This document shows positions 13,237 through 27,395 of a stretch of 64,000 nt of DNA, in pieces (positions within the stretch are counted from its first letter, which is position 1; every line of letters begins with the position of its first letter). The stretch is from Zancudomyces culisetae HAW-14-8 (lineage: Eukaryota; Fungi; Kickxellomycota). The translations under genes were made by a program, and so were the position numbers. The DNA is taken from assembly GCA_052426225.1 (NCBI GenBank), contig JBNJNM010000007.1:620001-684000 (forward strand), written 5' to 3'. The notes beneath the pieces are model-generated. The model was not told the origin of the DNA. It did no database searches and saw only the letters and a program-made list of their open reading frames with translations.

Positions 13237-14218
13237 CTAATCTACCACAGCCTTCCACAACGGATCACCCAAATGATGGATCAGATCGATACCAATACCC
13301 TTATTGATGGCTTTGATTTCATTAGTTGACATTTTCATAATGCCTATTGCCATTGCGTGTTTCTTTCCCTCGGCCATTACCGCTACAATAGTATCTACTG
13401 GGATGTTCTCATCGGGTAGGTTGGCACCTGGAGAGGTCAAACCGGGGCACATTATATTGGCACCTGATAATACAAACTTTATAGCTCCTCTATCAACTTG
13501 GACTTTTGGTAAAATCTCTGGAACTATAAAAAGCAATTGGATTTAACACGTTAATAACAATCAAATCAATCCCAGTTTAAACTCAATTCATGAATACTCT
13601 ACTTGTGTTTGTGATAAACGCTAGAAAAAAAGTATATAGTGGATAATTTTGGGATTTACATTGGTGAATTAGCCGAAGTGTTGGTGTAATTGGATCATCG
13701 AAATGCTGGAAAAACAGAATGTCGCCTTCACAACAAAATAGTGTGATTCGATCCTTGCTATTTAATTGAAGTAAGTTTGTGGATTAGAAACGACATTATA
13801 GATTAATACCCAAAGTCTAAGAAGCAAGGACAGAAATGAGAAAGTTGAGGTGTTTATGTATTATGGATGCGTGTGCAGAGTCAAGTTGGTAGTTTCTAGC
13901 AACTACCAGATTTATATATATTTTTCTTGGTGGGTTTCGCTTACGTTTTTATCTGGATCAGCGTGGTTTTTTTCGGAAGTATGTCATCTAGAAAGGGTTC
14001 GATGTTGGGAAACTGTTCCACAAGCTTTGTTCTGATCCCTCGAACTACCGAACTTTTAACCTGCGACTTTCCACTAACTTCCTTTGGATTAAATCTGTTG
14101 GTAGGATATTCGGTAGTTAGCAAAGGTTATTAATTAATGTCTTTTTTCTTCAGAATTCACAGAGCTCGAATGGCAGTAGTATAAATATTAGAAAAGTGAA
14201 AAGTTACTTTTTAAACAT
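13237..14218 (-). CDS. TMA20: Translation machinery-associated protein 20 / MCT-1 (PUA domain), 4 exons
   Basis: [42 protein letters not shown] and [26 protein letters not shown]. Confidence 0.95.
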
Positions 14219-16562
14219 GATTCCGGGTATACTTTGAGTTCCTGTTCTTTCGGTTTATTTGAATCGTGTTTGCTTTATTCAAGAGAGTAAATAAACAAAC
14301 GTGCGATTTATAGCTACAATTAATTTTTTTTTTTCTCCAGCTGAGAAAATAGTCGTAGTTAGTAATTTATTAAAATTAAGAAAATGACCAAATCAGAAAT
14401 TTGCGAATAAAAGAGTGGTGAGAAAATGTATGGGGGAAACCTGAGTAAGAAAAAAAGACTGAGCCCGCAGCTAGAATCGCGAGTTATGGTGTTGCAGAAA
14501 TGACTAATTTTGCTGATTGTGGTTGTCTAGAAGACCAAAAAGCGCAATCTAGGAATACATAACAAAGCGATGGTTCTTGAAAACCAATTGAGCCCTCGTC
14601 CTAGATCGACGGAACAGATGAACTTTTTCTTCAACTTTAATCTGCTGAGAGCAGAGTTAAAATATATGACGCATTTGCACATTAAATCATTGTGAACCAC
14701 AGTTTTTAATTCTAATGAATTTGGTTTATTGAAAAAAAAGCAATAATACAAGAAAAGCCTAAATATTAAATACAAAAAAAATAATAAAAAGAACGAAAAC
14801 AAGAAAATTCAGGAAGCTATCTCGCCCTTCAGGATCTAGTAAAGTACAAATGTTCAAGTTAGTCAAGAATCGAGAAACTACATCCACAAGATGAATATGT
14901 TGGTGAAAGAGAGAAAAAAAAAGAAAAATTGAGAAAATTGTGATCTTGCTGGCAACGATCAGTAAGAGCATCTATCTCTAGAGCCCGAGTATTTTTTTTC
15001 AATCAGCAAACAAATTCTATAGATTTGTTTATTCTGATGTCCCTATACTTATGACATCATGATGTACCAGCCACAATAATTCTCATTCTACTCTTCCTCT
15101 CAAAGAATTGATCTTTTATAAAATAAGTACACTAGTACTCAGAGTATATCAAGCCCTGATATAAGGATAAATAGTCTTAAATAACGGATAATTACCTTTA
15201 GACGAACACGGCTGTCTTCCCACCAAGCTTCAGTTTTCTACTTACTTTAGGGCGGAGTTATGAATACATATAGGTGTGCGAATATTTTACGAATTGAAAC
15301 TAAAAAACAAAGCTGGAATGTAAAAAAATTTTATTTTTATACTGTAAAAATAATTTTTTTAAAAACCAAACTGTAAAAAAAATTTTTTTTTTTACAAAAA
15401 TACCATATTACTGCAATTGGCGGAGAAATAAAGTAAAAGCTGACTATCTAAAATTACGTAAAGTGTTTAGAGCTAAACATGAACTGAGGGATTGTTGCAA
15501 AAACGTGGAAAAATGAAGCGTGAGACAAGCAAGCACTTGAAAAAGCACAATGGTGTAATAGCGTTATAGTTGATCCTGTCAACACTTTGCTATTAGTAAC
15601 AACTAAAAGCCAGATTGAACGAAATACCGTATCTTATGGAGAATTGCAAACAGCACTAAATATACCGCTACAGTAATTTTAGTTTTGAAATATCAGAGAT
15701 ACTTAGTAAGAGCAAACTGGAGTTGCAAAAGACAATACAATAGTTAGCACTACCGTTCTAATGACATGTAGTGCGTAAAATAGTAATAACTTGACTGTTG
15801 TTTAAGTTTAGCTTTACGCAGATCAATTCATGTCACTTTTACTATACAAGTTTATTTCCAATGCAATGCAATATTTGGGCTGTCTTGATAATACACACTA
15901 GAGACGACTTGGCTATAGTTTCTGGCCAAACCCAAAGTGTTTACTCTATGTTTTTACTGTTTTGAGGGAGAAAACGGTGATATGTTTGTAAATGTAGATG
16001 TAGATATTACAATACGTCCAGTTCTGTGACATTTCCTTTTCCTTGTTTACTTCTGGGTTTTAATTGACTATTTATTGTGGTAATTTAATTCCAAAACACG
16101 CTTAAAAATGGCACAAATAGATTTACATTGACAAATGAACGTGGGTGAAAACATTATGGTAGTTTACGAAAATAAACACAGGAATAAGCATGATATTAAC
16201 GAAGCGCAGATAATACAAGCTATTACAACCAACAACATTTCCAGGTGATACTTAATATACCTACAAGGCTAATCTAAGACCAATTTAAAAAGTCGATACA
16301 AATAAGAAGACAAAAGCTTGCAAATACAAACTAAACGGTTAGAACTAGACACATTATAGTGGAAAGCTGTTTTTTTTCAAAAGATAGAAATAGTAGAAAC
16401 AGTCAACTACATTAATACTTACTGATTTAGTGTGTACTTCATGGCCTAGTTACTTGCCTGTATAAAAACGTAAAGCTTGTAAACACTAAAATAAAAAGTA
16501 AAGAAGGACGAGATATATTAGTAAAATACTCTGCGGATAACTGGTACGCTTGATAAAATGAA

Positions 16563-18368
16563 ATGGCGGAATCCGTAAATAAACCCCTTTTTTGGAAAAG
16601 TAAGCCCAAATGGCCGCTATTCAGGTAAGTCAAATACACCAACAGCTAAAAGGTTAAATTAAAAAAGTAGCATTATTTAAGCTAGAGAAATACTTTGTAT
16701 ATTAAAATTGGATGGATGGATGGATAAATTAAATGTAAATAGGATTGAAGCAGAGATTGGTGGTCGGAGAATCCACAAGGATACGGGACCTGCAAAAATG
16801 GAACCAGGACTACTTTTAATTCCAGACAAAGCGGCAAAATACAAGTATGGAGCAACGTGATGTCTTTATTATTTATTTATTTTGCTTTACTTTTCATATG
16901 AAAGTGGAAATTTAGACACGAAATGCGCGAATACATATAAATAGAAAAAGAAGCGAAGAAAGAGAAAGCAGGGCACAAAATAAAGACGAGAAGGAATCTA
17001 CAGAAAAGAGTCAAGTGTACGAAGAAGGATCGAGTAGTGGAAAAATAGAGGCAGAAGTGTTTTCCAGTAGCGAAAGTCATGTAGGAGAGAAAATAGGGGG
17101 AAAAAACAAGGGGTACAAATATGGTTCAGGTCAGATGACCAGTAGTACAAAATACAGCAAGATCAAAACAATACTGAATACGACCAATGTAGACATAGGT
17201 AATCTATTTAGCTTTAAACATAATATAATAAAGAATAAGGTGTCTAATAAAAAAAAGAATATTTAATAATATTGTAGAGAAACTACAAAAAGCCACATGG
17301 GGAGGAATACCGGCAGAGTTTAGAGATACAGCGTGGAAGATATTGATGGTAAGAAAGCACTATGCTTGACTTTAATATTTGACAAAAATAGGGTAAAGGG
17401 GCGAGGGGGGAGTATGCGTTGTAACACAAAAAAAATACTGAAATAAACTGGTTGGAAAATAATATAGGGATATATGCCTGCAAATGTCAATCGAAGAGAG
17501 GCAACAATAAACAGAAAACGAAAGGAGTATGAGATATATGTGGAAAAAACGTTTGATAAAGGAGAAGAGGCATTGGATCCAGTTATGTGGCATCAGATAT
17601 CAATAGACATTCCTCGCACGATCTTCAATATGGATTTATTTCGGTACGAAAAGGTTCAAAAGGCAAGTAAAAAGATTGGTGATTTTTGTGCAAAATACGT
17701 ATATGTAACAATGGAAAATGGAAATAAAAAAATAGGGCTTAGCAAGGGTGTTGTATTGTTGGGCGAGTAGACATCCAGCTAGTGGATATGTACAAGGAAT
17801 GAATGACTTGGCAGCGATATTCTATGCGGTGTTTATAACGACGTTTGTTGGATGTGACTTTGAAAATATAGAATTTGGAGATTTGGAGAAGCTGGGCGAG
17901 AGTGTATTCGTGATAGTGGAGGCAGATAGTTATTGGTGTCTGACAAACTTGATCGATCAGGTACAAGATATGTATACGCATTCGCAGCCTGGAATCCAGC
18001 GACAGATAATCAAGCTGAAGGAATTGATATCAAAGGTAAACCCACAGCTGTATACACATTTGCAGCGAGAGCAAGTAGAGTTTGTGCAGTTTTCGTTCCG
18101 GTGGTTTAACTGTTTGCTGGCTCGAGAGTTTACAATGCCTGGAATAGTGAGGGTTTGGGATACATATTTATCGGAGCCAGACGGATTTTCATCGTTGTTG
18201 TTGTGTACTTGTGCGTCGTTGTTGTTGCGGTTTTCGAGTCAGTTGATAAGGATGGATTTCCAAGAGATTGTGCTGTTTTTGCAGAATGCGCCGTGTTTGG
18301 ACTGGGATGATAATGACTTGGTGACGTTGTTGTCGGAAGCGTATACGCTTAAATGTTTGTATAATTAA
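16563..18368 (+). CDS. GYP1: Rab-GAP TBC domain protein (Gyp1/TBC1D22), multi-exon
   Basis: TWGGIPAEFRDTAWKILM-GYMP, QISIDIPRT (Arg finger), HPASGYVQGMNDL (Gln finger), EADSYWCL, QFSFRWFNCLL. The 5' exons and start are inferred from splice sites. Confidence 0.9.
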
Positions 18369-18546
18369 TATGGATTATTTATTTATTTATTTATGTTGTG
18401 TTTTTTACTAGTCATGTTTTAATATTTTGATTAAAAGTAGTGGAAAAGGAAAATATAGACATGCCAAAAAAATAAAATAAAAAAACACACAGACACAGAC
18501 ACAGACACAAACACAGACACGCGAACATACAGAAAATGGCCAATTC

Positions 18547-21500
18547 TTAGTAACGACGAGCCTTTTTACGAGAATAACTATCATTATCATCATCATCATC
18601 AATATCATCCTCACCATTTTCACTATTGTTACCAGAATCAATGGCACTGTTCTGACTAAGACTGTTGATACTCTCCTCACCCTCACTGGATGGTTCGTCT
18701 TTTGGAAACTGTGAAGAAACAAAGTCGCCATTAATTGCACGAGTCTTTAACGAACCCAGCTCAAACATCTCAAAGTCATTGTTCATACCAACAATTTCTT
18801 TGACTTTGAGGACGATCAGTTCGAGGGTTTTTTTGACGTTGGGTACAAATGAAGTGCAACTTTTGGAAGAAGAGCTTGGTTTAGATTTAGATTTGGATGT
18901 AGATTTGGATGTAGATTTGGATTTGGATTTGGATTTCGAACCAGAAGATAGTCTTGAATTGGGTTTGTTGGCTTTGACGTGATTACAAATAATGTGTAAA
19001 GTTCGGGTAGATTTCTGCAAAAAATACAAAATCGAATGGCTGGTATCTCGGCTGTTGGTTTCAGTACCAAAAAACAATGAGTGTCTTGTTTTGTCGTTTG
19101 CAAAGAGGTAGGCAATGTTGAATGGTAGAATGGATTTGGCAATGGTTTGAAGAATAGGGTACGACTGTTTTAGTGTGTAGTATAAAACGTTGTCATACGC
19201 AGATAACGATCGCGATTGCAGCAAGATTGCATGGAATGTTTTGAAAATAAGTTGCAGATTTGATAGGAGACGTTGGTCATCATCCTCACCGTCACCGTCA
19301 CCGTCAGCCTCATCATTTTCATCATTTTCATTTTGATTGTCATAATTATTGTGTAGTGATTTGCCGGAAATACTTGCTTTCGTTGAAAATGTAGAGGAAA
19401 TTGAGGAGGAACGTCTTTGGCTTGTAGAAACCAAAAGTACTAAACATTTATGTAAACAAGTCAACAGTGTATTAAAAACAATTTGGATTGAAGAATCAGT
19501 CAAGAGATGCCCAAACCCAACTCCAGGTTCAAGCTCTAGCTCTAGTTCTAGTCCAAGGTCAGACTCACAGCCACTTTGTTGGTCATCATTGTTGTTGGGG
19601 AAAAGCGATAATGAATGTTCGGTAAAACCCAAAATACTCTGGACACTTGTGGTCAAATTGGCGTGGTTGTCAAAGTATAATGATAATAAAAGCTCCAAAT
19701 CGTTCTTGGATGTATTGCTCAAACCGGACCTTTTGTCAACATTGAAATTGGGTAAAGTAAGGCTGTTGAAACTGATTTTGAGTGTTGGGTCGCGAAGAAC
19801 CCTGCGTGCCAGTTTCCCAGTTTGAATGCTAAAACCATCCAACAATTTTCTGTTGGAATACAAGTGGTTTCCATTTCTAGAATGTGTAGAGTTGTAGTGT
19901 GTGGATACCTCATTCAATAAAACAATGCTGGTGATTATTGCCTGACTGCTGATATTTCGGCCATTCACATTTATTGCATCTTTGAATTTGGGGATAACTG
20001 ATGTGGTGAATATATCAAAAAACTTGGCCACTCTATCTACAATTGATTCCTTTTGGTTGCCACTATCATTGGATATATTTTGTGCGTAAATACTTGTAAA
20101 CGTAGTGACGATAGTGTCTTTTATAACATCATCAAGTCTAAACATTCGTATCAACAAATCCAGGATAATCACCAGGGTATTTCCACCACATCCTATATCT
20201 TTATTGGTGTTGGTGTTGGTGTTAGTGTTGGTGCTAGCGACTTGTTTTTGCATATTTTGAATGTTTATAAACTGGTATACAAGCCCAGAAATAATCTGAT
20301 CATGATCAATGCCAACAGTATCACCTTTATCGTTTTCAAATGTCAATAATGTATTCAGTGCGACTGGGGATAAAAACAACGAGCTTAATTCGTTTACTAG
20401 TAAATTAACACCCAGCTGGTCAAGTCTATCGTCCAGCAAGAAACTAAAAGCTTTGACATTCAACCTCTTCTTTCCATCAAAGGCAGGATGGTTCAGCGAA
20501 GTGGAGAGGGATTTACTGGACGAATAGCCATTCCGGCCAGAACGAGAAGATGCCGACAGAAATGCGGATTCTACTATGGCCAATTGATTGAGTCTGCTGA
20601 CGAGATAACCACCCAGCACAAATGACTGATCATCACTGTCCATGTTCTGGCTATGATTCCTGCCATTTTGGTGGGTATTTGAATTTGAGGATAATGTAAA
20701 GGGTTCCTCAATAAATGCGTTGATTAGTTCGCGGAACCAGCTAGCGACTATAAACAGCGAAGTCGGGTCCGAATGGTCGTAGCGCAACCCACAAGTCAAG
20801 ACAGCATCGATTTCAGATAAATCGCCGTTGAGAGAGCGTTCGCAGCTCTGCATGAGATTGAAGAGAGAACACATACAGATTATTGGGTGCTGTTGATTAA
20901 TTTGGTTATTTTGGTTATTTTGGTGTTTTAAAGTACGAGTATTTTCGAATTCCTTGGAATCAGTCTGAGACTGAGACTGAGACTGTTGACCACTTCCCAT
21001 CACCAATGCTTCTTGTATTGCGTTGGGATTTGACAATAATTTATTTAGATCAATAATTACATTTGAGTCTGGGCTTATTTCGAAGCTTATTTCCTGTACA
21101 TCCTCGTTCTCTCCACCTCTATCTCCACTACCACCATTATTGTTACAGTTTTCGGAATTATCAGAATCTGGCTTTTCGGCCAAAAAGGCTTCGGCAAACT
21201 GACTGGCAACATTTTCATTCAGCCACAACACCACGCGTTTATTAGCTGGATCCATACCATCTCCATCGCCATTGCTACCTTCATCGTTAGCATTAGCATT
21301 AGCATTAGAATTAGAATTAGAATTAGCATTATGCTCATTTGTGACGCTACTAATCATATTGGCCAACTCGTCGTAAGCCATGGTTAGATACCTATAACTA
21401 CGATGACGACCTGCATCAATCAAACCCTGTAAAATATCCACAGCTTCTCTAATATGTTTATTTTTATTTGCGATGTTTGCCGTAGTTGGTGCAAGACTTG

Positions 21501-23871
21501 AAGTTGCAGGAAAATACGACGATGATGACGATGATGACGATGACAACAAATGTGATCCAGGAAGTTGGCTAATGGATAGATATTTGATCATGGATACTGC
21601 ACCCAAAATCCCTGCCCGGTTGTATACAGCTGAGGAACTGACCAACTGTTTGCGAATGTATATTTGCATCTCCTCGCCAAATGCTTCGTTGTGTTGTCGA
21701 AGTATTGCCAGAGCTTCAAATACTCGCCGCATATTGTTAACTGCGTTTTCGTCCATTGTAACATTATAAAAGTCATTCATGCGGTTATTTTTACTGTTAT
21801 TGTTATTGTTATTACCAGGAATAACACCTTTTTGCCTTGTCTTTGATTTGTGACCTTGTAAATCTAACTGATTTTGAGTTTGAGTTTGAGTTTGAGTTTG
21901 ATTAGTCGCCATATTGTCTATATAATCCAACATTGCCTTTATAATTTGTGCATATCGACAAAGCGATACTGGTTGTTGTATGGCCAAATTGAACAAAAGT
22001 TGTGTAGCAAATCTAACTTGTAATACTTGTACAGATTTTTCACCTCCACCTACACCTCCATTACTACTACTAATACTACTAACACTACTACTAATACTAC
22101 CACTACTACTACTTCCACCATTGCCAATAAGTGATGTTATTAATACTACTATTTGTTGTTTTTCATATTCACCACCTCTCTCAAATACTCGTTCTAGCCA
22201 CACTGTATCTTTCAAGATACTTTTACTACTCAGTTCCATAATTTCTTTACACAAAACCTGGCATACTTTGCTTCCAACCGAATCTGCCAATACCGAAATA
22301 GATACAGATCGGTTGTTGTGGTATTTATCAATGATGTGCTGGATTGCTCGTCCCGCAGCCTTTTTATTCGCTCGGTGGTTGCTTCCGTAAATCACAATCA
22401 TAGCAATTAGATCAATGTTGTCTAGTTTGTTTTGGATATCGGGTTCGTTCAGTACAAGTTTTATCCATTGTTTTGGAACACTTTTGTTGTTGCTTATTCC
22501 CTTTTTGATTGATTCTATAATCATTTCCTTTTCTTGTTCTAATTCTAGTTCTAATTCTAATTCTAATTCTAATTCTGGTATTTGTTTTTGTGATTCACTA
22601 ATGTGTCCATTAGTGTTGGTATTCACAAAGACTCCACAAATACCCGTTCTAATGCTTCGTACTACCCTTTCAGTACTAATATCTCGCTCTCGTTCTCGAA
22701 TATCTGTACAGGATGTAATCAAAAATCCAATCAAAGCTGGAATATCTATGGGCCGTGCTGCTCGTAATATTTTATCCATTACAATATTTTGTGCCGTTCT
22801 CAAGATACCACTACCACCACCACTACCACCATTACCACCATTACCACCATTACCACCACCATCGCTGTTACATGTAATACTGCTTAGGGCATCTAAAATC
22901 GGTAAAATCAGCTCAGAGCTCTCGTTATTTTCAAGCATGGTTACGAGCTGTATCGAAACTGTATCATGTTCACTATCGTTGATAAGTTCAGCAAGTATTG
23001 AAAGCATTTCTTTTTTTATATTTGGTGGAACTATTTCTAGAATCTATTAAATGACAATCACAATATTAGTTTTACATTGAAATTGGAATTGGAATTGGAA
23101 TTGGAATTGGAATTGGTAAAAAGTGATAAAACCAAAAAAAAATAATTCCTTATTACCTCAATGTATTTACTGCATAATCTTTGACCATCTACAATATACT
23201 CTATCCACCTAAGCTGTTCAAGTATTCGTTTTGCCATATTTTGTACATTATGACTATTTATGTATATAATTTATACTTATATTTATATATTATGAATAAA
23301 AGTGATAAGAAAGAGTAGCGGAGGTGAGGAGAGGTGAATTACCCTTCAAAATCGGCATATTCGGGGATTTTTTCGAGAAATACTTCGAGAATGTCAGGCT
23401 GGATATCTTCAATAGTGGTCAGAATTTTAAAAATATTGATTTTATTCAAGTATCCAGGATATAATACTGACTGGTCAAGCTCATTATGTTCACTAGAAGA
23501 TCAAATGTAATTGTATCAAAAGTACTCAAGTTTTTAATAAAAGTGATTAATATTAATAAAGGAAATTACCTGGATACTTCAATTTGGTCAATTACCAACT
23601 CTAAATTTTCTTGGGTACTACTGGTAAAGTCACGAAATAGCGAGACTAGAGTTGACTGTTGGGATTTGTTTGTAGATATCGAGGAACGAATCTTGTTGAT
23701 TGTCGTAGTTAGATTTCCCAAAAGTTTGATTGAATGATTCTTCTTGTTGTTGTTTTGTTGATTGTTATATACATTTGTGTCGTGAGTATTTTCTGGTTCG
23801 GTTTCGGTTTCAGTTTCGGAAATAACTTTAATACCAAACGAGTCTAAGAGGTTAATAAAGTCTAGAGCCAT
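18547..23871 (-). CDS. FANCD2: Fanconi anemia group D2 protein homolog, about 4 exons
   Basis: FANCD2 blocks MQIYIRKQLVSS..YNRAGILGAV, LFNLMQSCERSLNGDLSEIDAVLTC, LQKSTRTLHIICNHVK, VPNVKKTLELIVLKVK, LGSLKTRAINGDFVSSQ. Upstream exons include IAKRILEQLRWIE. Confidence 0.88.
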
Positions 23872-24125
23872 AATATATTTTTGAGAAAATGGATATGATA
23901 TATTTATTGATTAAAAGTATAATAGTACAATTTTAGAATTGAAATTAATCAATTATAAAAAGGAAATGGAAAATAAACAAAAACAAATAAAACTAAAAAC
24001 TAATCGAATCAAAACCTATAAAACTCGTAAAAAAAAATATGTATATATAAAAAAAGGTATTCGTATATAATTTTTGTTTTACTCAAATTATAGCATATAA
24101 AAAGGGAAATAGAGATATAAATAAT

Positions 24126-27100
24126 TTAATCAAGGGTCTGTTCAACTTTTACCAATTCATAAGACTGGATAGTATCACCAACATTAAAGTCAGTAAAATC
24201 ATTTAGACCAATTCCACACTCTACACCATTTGCAGCCTTTTCAATATCTTTTTTAAGCTGTTTAAGTGAAGAAATAGACAAAGACTTATGAGATGGAGTA
24301 GTAGATGATGATGATGATGATGATGATGATGAGTTGAGGGAGGGAATAATATTTACAGGTTTTGATTTTTCGATAACACCAGAAGTGACACGGCAGCCGG
24401 CAATGACAGTACGGTTATTTGGATTACCGATTTGGAAGACTTGAAGGACAGTAGCTTCACCACAAGGCTTTTGTTCATAGACAGGATCGAGCATAGTAAG
24501 CATGTGAGCCTTGACTTGGTCTATAAGATGATAGATGATTTTGTTGGCTAGGATGGGTACATTGACATTTTTAGCCTTTTGAGCAACAGAAGATTTTTCA
24601 GGTTTGACACCATAAGCAATGATGATAGGATTGGGACAAGTAGCAGCCAGCTGAACATCGTTGTCAGTAACAGCACCAACAGCAGTATGAACAAAATCGA
24701 TTTTGACTTTGGTTTGTGGAAGAAGAGATAAAGCATTGACAAGAGCCTCAAGAGTACCAGAGACATCGGTTCTGATAAGCAAACTAAGGATTTTAGGAGC
24801 TTTAAGAGGCAAAAGATTGGAGTTGGAAGTGGAGTTGGAGTTGGAGTTGGAGTTGGAAGAGTCGACGAGTTGAAGAGCTCTGGATTTATTGAACTGGTCA
24901 GCAGCCTGCAAAGTGGCAATATTGTAGGCATTGCGATGTCTGAATTCAATGACAGCTTTGGCCTTTGCTTCGGAGGGAACGCCCAGAGCCACAGAACCGA
25001 CAATTGGCAGATCCTTCCAGCCAGTAATCAAGACAGGATGGCCAGGAGTGGCGTGTTTGACGGGGGCGCCATGCTCGTCAGTCATGCTGCGTACTTTACA
25101 CCACGTTTCGCCAGCAACTAGGATGCTACCAGTGGAGAGTGTTCCGCGGGTAACAATGGCTGAGGCTTCGGCGCCTCTCGACTTGACCAGCTTGGACTCG
25201 ATGATGGTGGCTTCGGGAGAGGCATCGACACAGGCGCGGATCTCCAAGACTTCGGCCAGGGCTACGATGGACTCCTTGAGCAGCTGGATGCCCTTTCCAT
25301 CGACTGCTGACACTTCGACACACTGTACGTCGCCGCCAAAGTCTTCAACCTGCACTCCGCACATGACTAGCCCGTTGTAGATCCGCTCAAGATCGTAGTT
25401 GGCCTTATCGCACTTTGTAATAGCAATAATTATGGGTGTGTTTGCGTCTAGCGCATGCTTGATCGCTTCTTTTGTCTGTGGCATCACTCCATCGTCGCAC
25501 GCAACCACAATCACTGCTATGTCTGTTGTTGTTGCTCCCCGCTGTCTCATCGCACTAAACGCTGCATGTCCAGGCGTGTCGAGAAACGTAATGCTCTGTT
25601 CTTCTGAAAACCGAACCGAAAACGCTCCAATGTGTTGCGTAATCCCGCCTGCCTCGCCTCCCGCCAAATCGCTCTTGCGCAAATGGTCCAACAACGTCGT
25701 CTTTCCGTGATCCACATGCCCCATAATCGCTACTATTGGCGGTCGTCTGGCTGTGTTGCTGTCGTTTAGTCGGTCGCCAACTGGATATACATCGTCGTCG
25801 CGCTGCTCGCTTTTCTCCACCTGCATCCCGTAGCTCTCCACTATCTTTTGCGCCTCTTCGTGTGTAAGAAGGAGTGTTGGCTCTTGCTTTTCTATTCTCA
25901 GCTGCTTGATCCGCTCTATCATCCGATCTACCCGCAGATTTATCCGCTTGGCTAGCACCTCCACCCTAATAACCAATGGCAAATCTATCTTGCTTCCTCT
26001 TTTTGGGCCGCTAAACTGTGACCTTGATAATATCCTCCGAATCTCTTTGTTTCGGATCTTTAAATATTCCTCTGTGCTGTTGCTTTCATCCTCCAACTCG
26101 TTTTCCAGCTTGTTCAGCTTTTCATCGCTAATCTTCAACTTGGTCTTTATCTGCTCTACATTTTTCTCTCTTCTTTCGGTTACCACAGTCTTCTTGCTAC
26201 TATCATATCCCGTTTTTCCTCCCTTTGCTCTCTCTGCCCCCCACTTTTTTTCTTCCCCTGTTTCTTCAAGTGTCACATTTAACAAGTCTGTCTGTGCCAC
26301 TTTGTTGATCCTTGTCTTCCCTCCTCCTCCTCCTGGCCGCGCTTGCCCAAACCTCGGTCCTGGTTGGAAATTATTATATGTTGATGCTGCTCCTGCTCCT
26401 GCTCTTCTATCTCCTCCTGTTCTGCTTCGATCCTCCCATCTGTCATTTTTTGGTGTCCATACCTTGGGCCCCACTGATTCTCCTCTTGCTTCAAAACCTC
26501 TAAAGTTCCCTCCGCTTGATCCTATTTTTTCTCGGAATGTATTCTGCAAATCAAATCCACTCCCCGCTCGGACCTGACCCTGTCCTTGTCCTTGTCCTTG
26601 ACCTTGACCCGTTCTATTTTCTCCTTGCCATCCTAGTCCACTGCTTCTTTCATTTCCTCTGTTTCTATTTTGTTGTCCCATATTATATCCCTTGAATTCT
26701 CTATTTTCATACTTTGGCCTATTATTCCATTGCGTCTGTCTTTCACTATTATTTGCTTGTTGTGGGTACCCAAAAGTTTCTCTTTTTTCTCTAAGCTGGT
26801 TACCGTAGTTATTATTATTATTATTATTACTATAGTTATTATTCTTGTAATTGCCATTGTAATTATTGCTATTGCCATTGTAATTACTGTTATTGTTGCT
26901 GTTTTTATTGTAGTAGCCATTATTCTTGTAATTGCCATTGTAATTACCATTGTAGTTATTGCTGTTACTGTTGTTGTGGTTGCTGTTATTGTTGTTGTAG
27001 TTGTTGTTGAATCTGGCCCCACCTTGATATCGTTGTGAAGATGCCTCCCATGTTCCCTGCCCTCTCGCTCCCAAAGATTGGCCCTGTTGTGATGTTTGTA

Positions 27101-27395
27101 CATTTCCTCTGTAATACTTTGGTTTGTATCCACCCTGGAACTCATATCCAAACGAATTGTCTGGATGCTGTTGTCGCTGAATTCCCAAGCCTTCCAGCTC
27201 CCCTTCTTCAATGTCAAATCTGTTTTTTTCTCCTTCTCCTTCTTCAGGCTTTTTTTGCTCATTTGCCAACGCTTCTGATTCTCGGAACTTTCCAAAGCCC
27301 GTCTTGATCAATCTCTTGGAACCCACCACGTTTCTTAGCCCATTTCCCACCTCCAACTGTGGCCTCAGTCCTGTTCTGATTATACTTATGTACAT
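24126..27395 (-). CDS. IFM1: Mitochondrial translation initiation factor IF-2 with a long low-complexity N-terminus
   Basis: [65 protein letters not shown]. Basic presequence-like N-terminus. Confidence 0.95.
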   Translation of the reverse strand: MYISIIRTGLRPQLEVGNGLRNVVGSKRLIKTGFGKFRESEALANEQKKPEEGEGEKNRFDIEEGELEGLGIQRQQHPDNSFGYEFQGGYKPKYYRGNVQTSQQGQSLGARGQGTWEASSQRYQGGARFNNNYNNNNSNHNNSNSNNYNGNYNGNYKNNGYYNKNSNNNSNYNGNSNNYNGNYKNNNYSNNNNNNNYGNQLREKRETFGYPQQANNSERQTQWNNRPKYENREFKGYNMGQQNRNRGNERSSGLGWQGENRTGQGQGQGQGQGQVRAGSGFDLQNTFREKIGSSGGNFRGFEARGESVGPKVWTPKNDRWEDRSRTGGDRRAGAGAASTYNNFQPGPRFGQARPGGGGGKTRINKVAQTDLLNVTLEETGEEKKWGAERAKGGKTGYDSSKKTVVTERREKNVEQIKTKLKISDEKLNKLENELEDESNSTEEYLKIRNKEIRRILSRSQFSGPKRGSKIDLPLVIRVEVLAKRINLRVDRMIERIKQLRIEKQEPTLLLTHEEAQKIVESYGMQVEKSEQRDDDVYPVGDRLNDSNTARRPPIVAIMGHVDHGKTTLLDHLRKSDLAGGEAGGITQHIGAFSVRFSEEQSITFLDTPGHAAFSAMRQRGATTTDIAVIVVACDDGVMPQTKEAIKHALDANTPIIIAITKCDKANYDLERIYNGLVMCGVQVEDFGGDVQCVEVSAVDGKGIQLLKESIVALAEVLEIRACVDASPEATIIESKLVKSRGAEASAIVTRGTLSTGSILVAGETWCKVRSMTDEHGAPVKHATPGHPVLITGWKDLPIVGSVALGVPSEAKAKAVIEFRHRNAYNIATLQAADQFNKSRALQLVDSSNSNSNSNSTSNSNLLPLKAPKILSLLIRTDVSGTLEALVNALSLLPQTKVKIDFVHTAVGAVTDNDVQLAATCPNPIIIAYGVKPEKSSVAQKAKNVNVPILANKIIYHLIDQVKAHMLTMLDPVYEQKPCGEATVLQVFQIGNPNNRTVIAGCRVTSGVIEKSKPVNIIPSLNSSSSSSSSSSTTPSHKSLSISSLKQLKKDIEKAANGVECGIGLNDFTDFNVGDTIQSYELVKVEQTLD

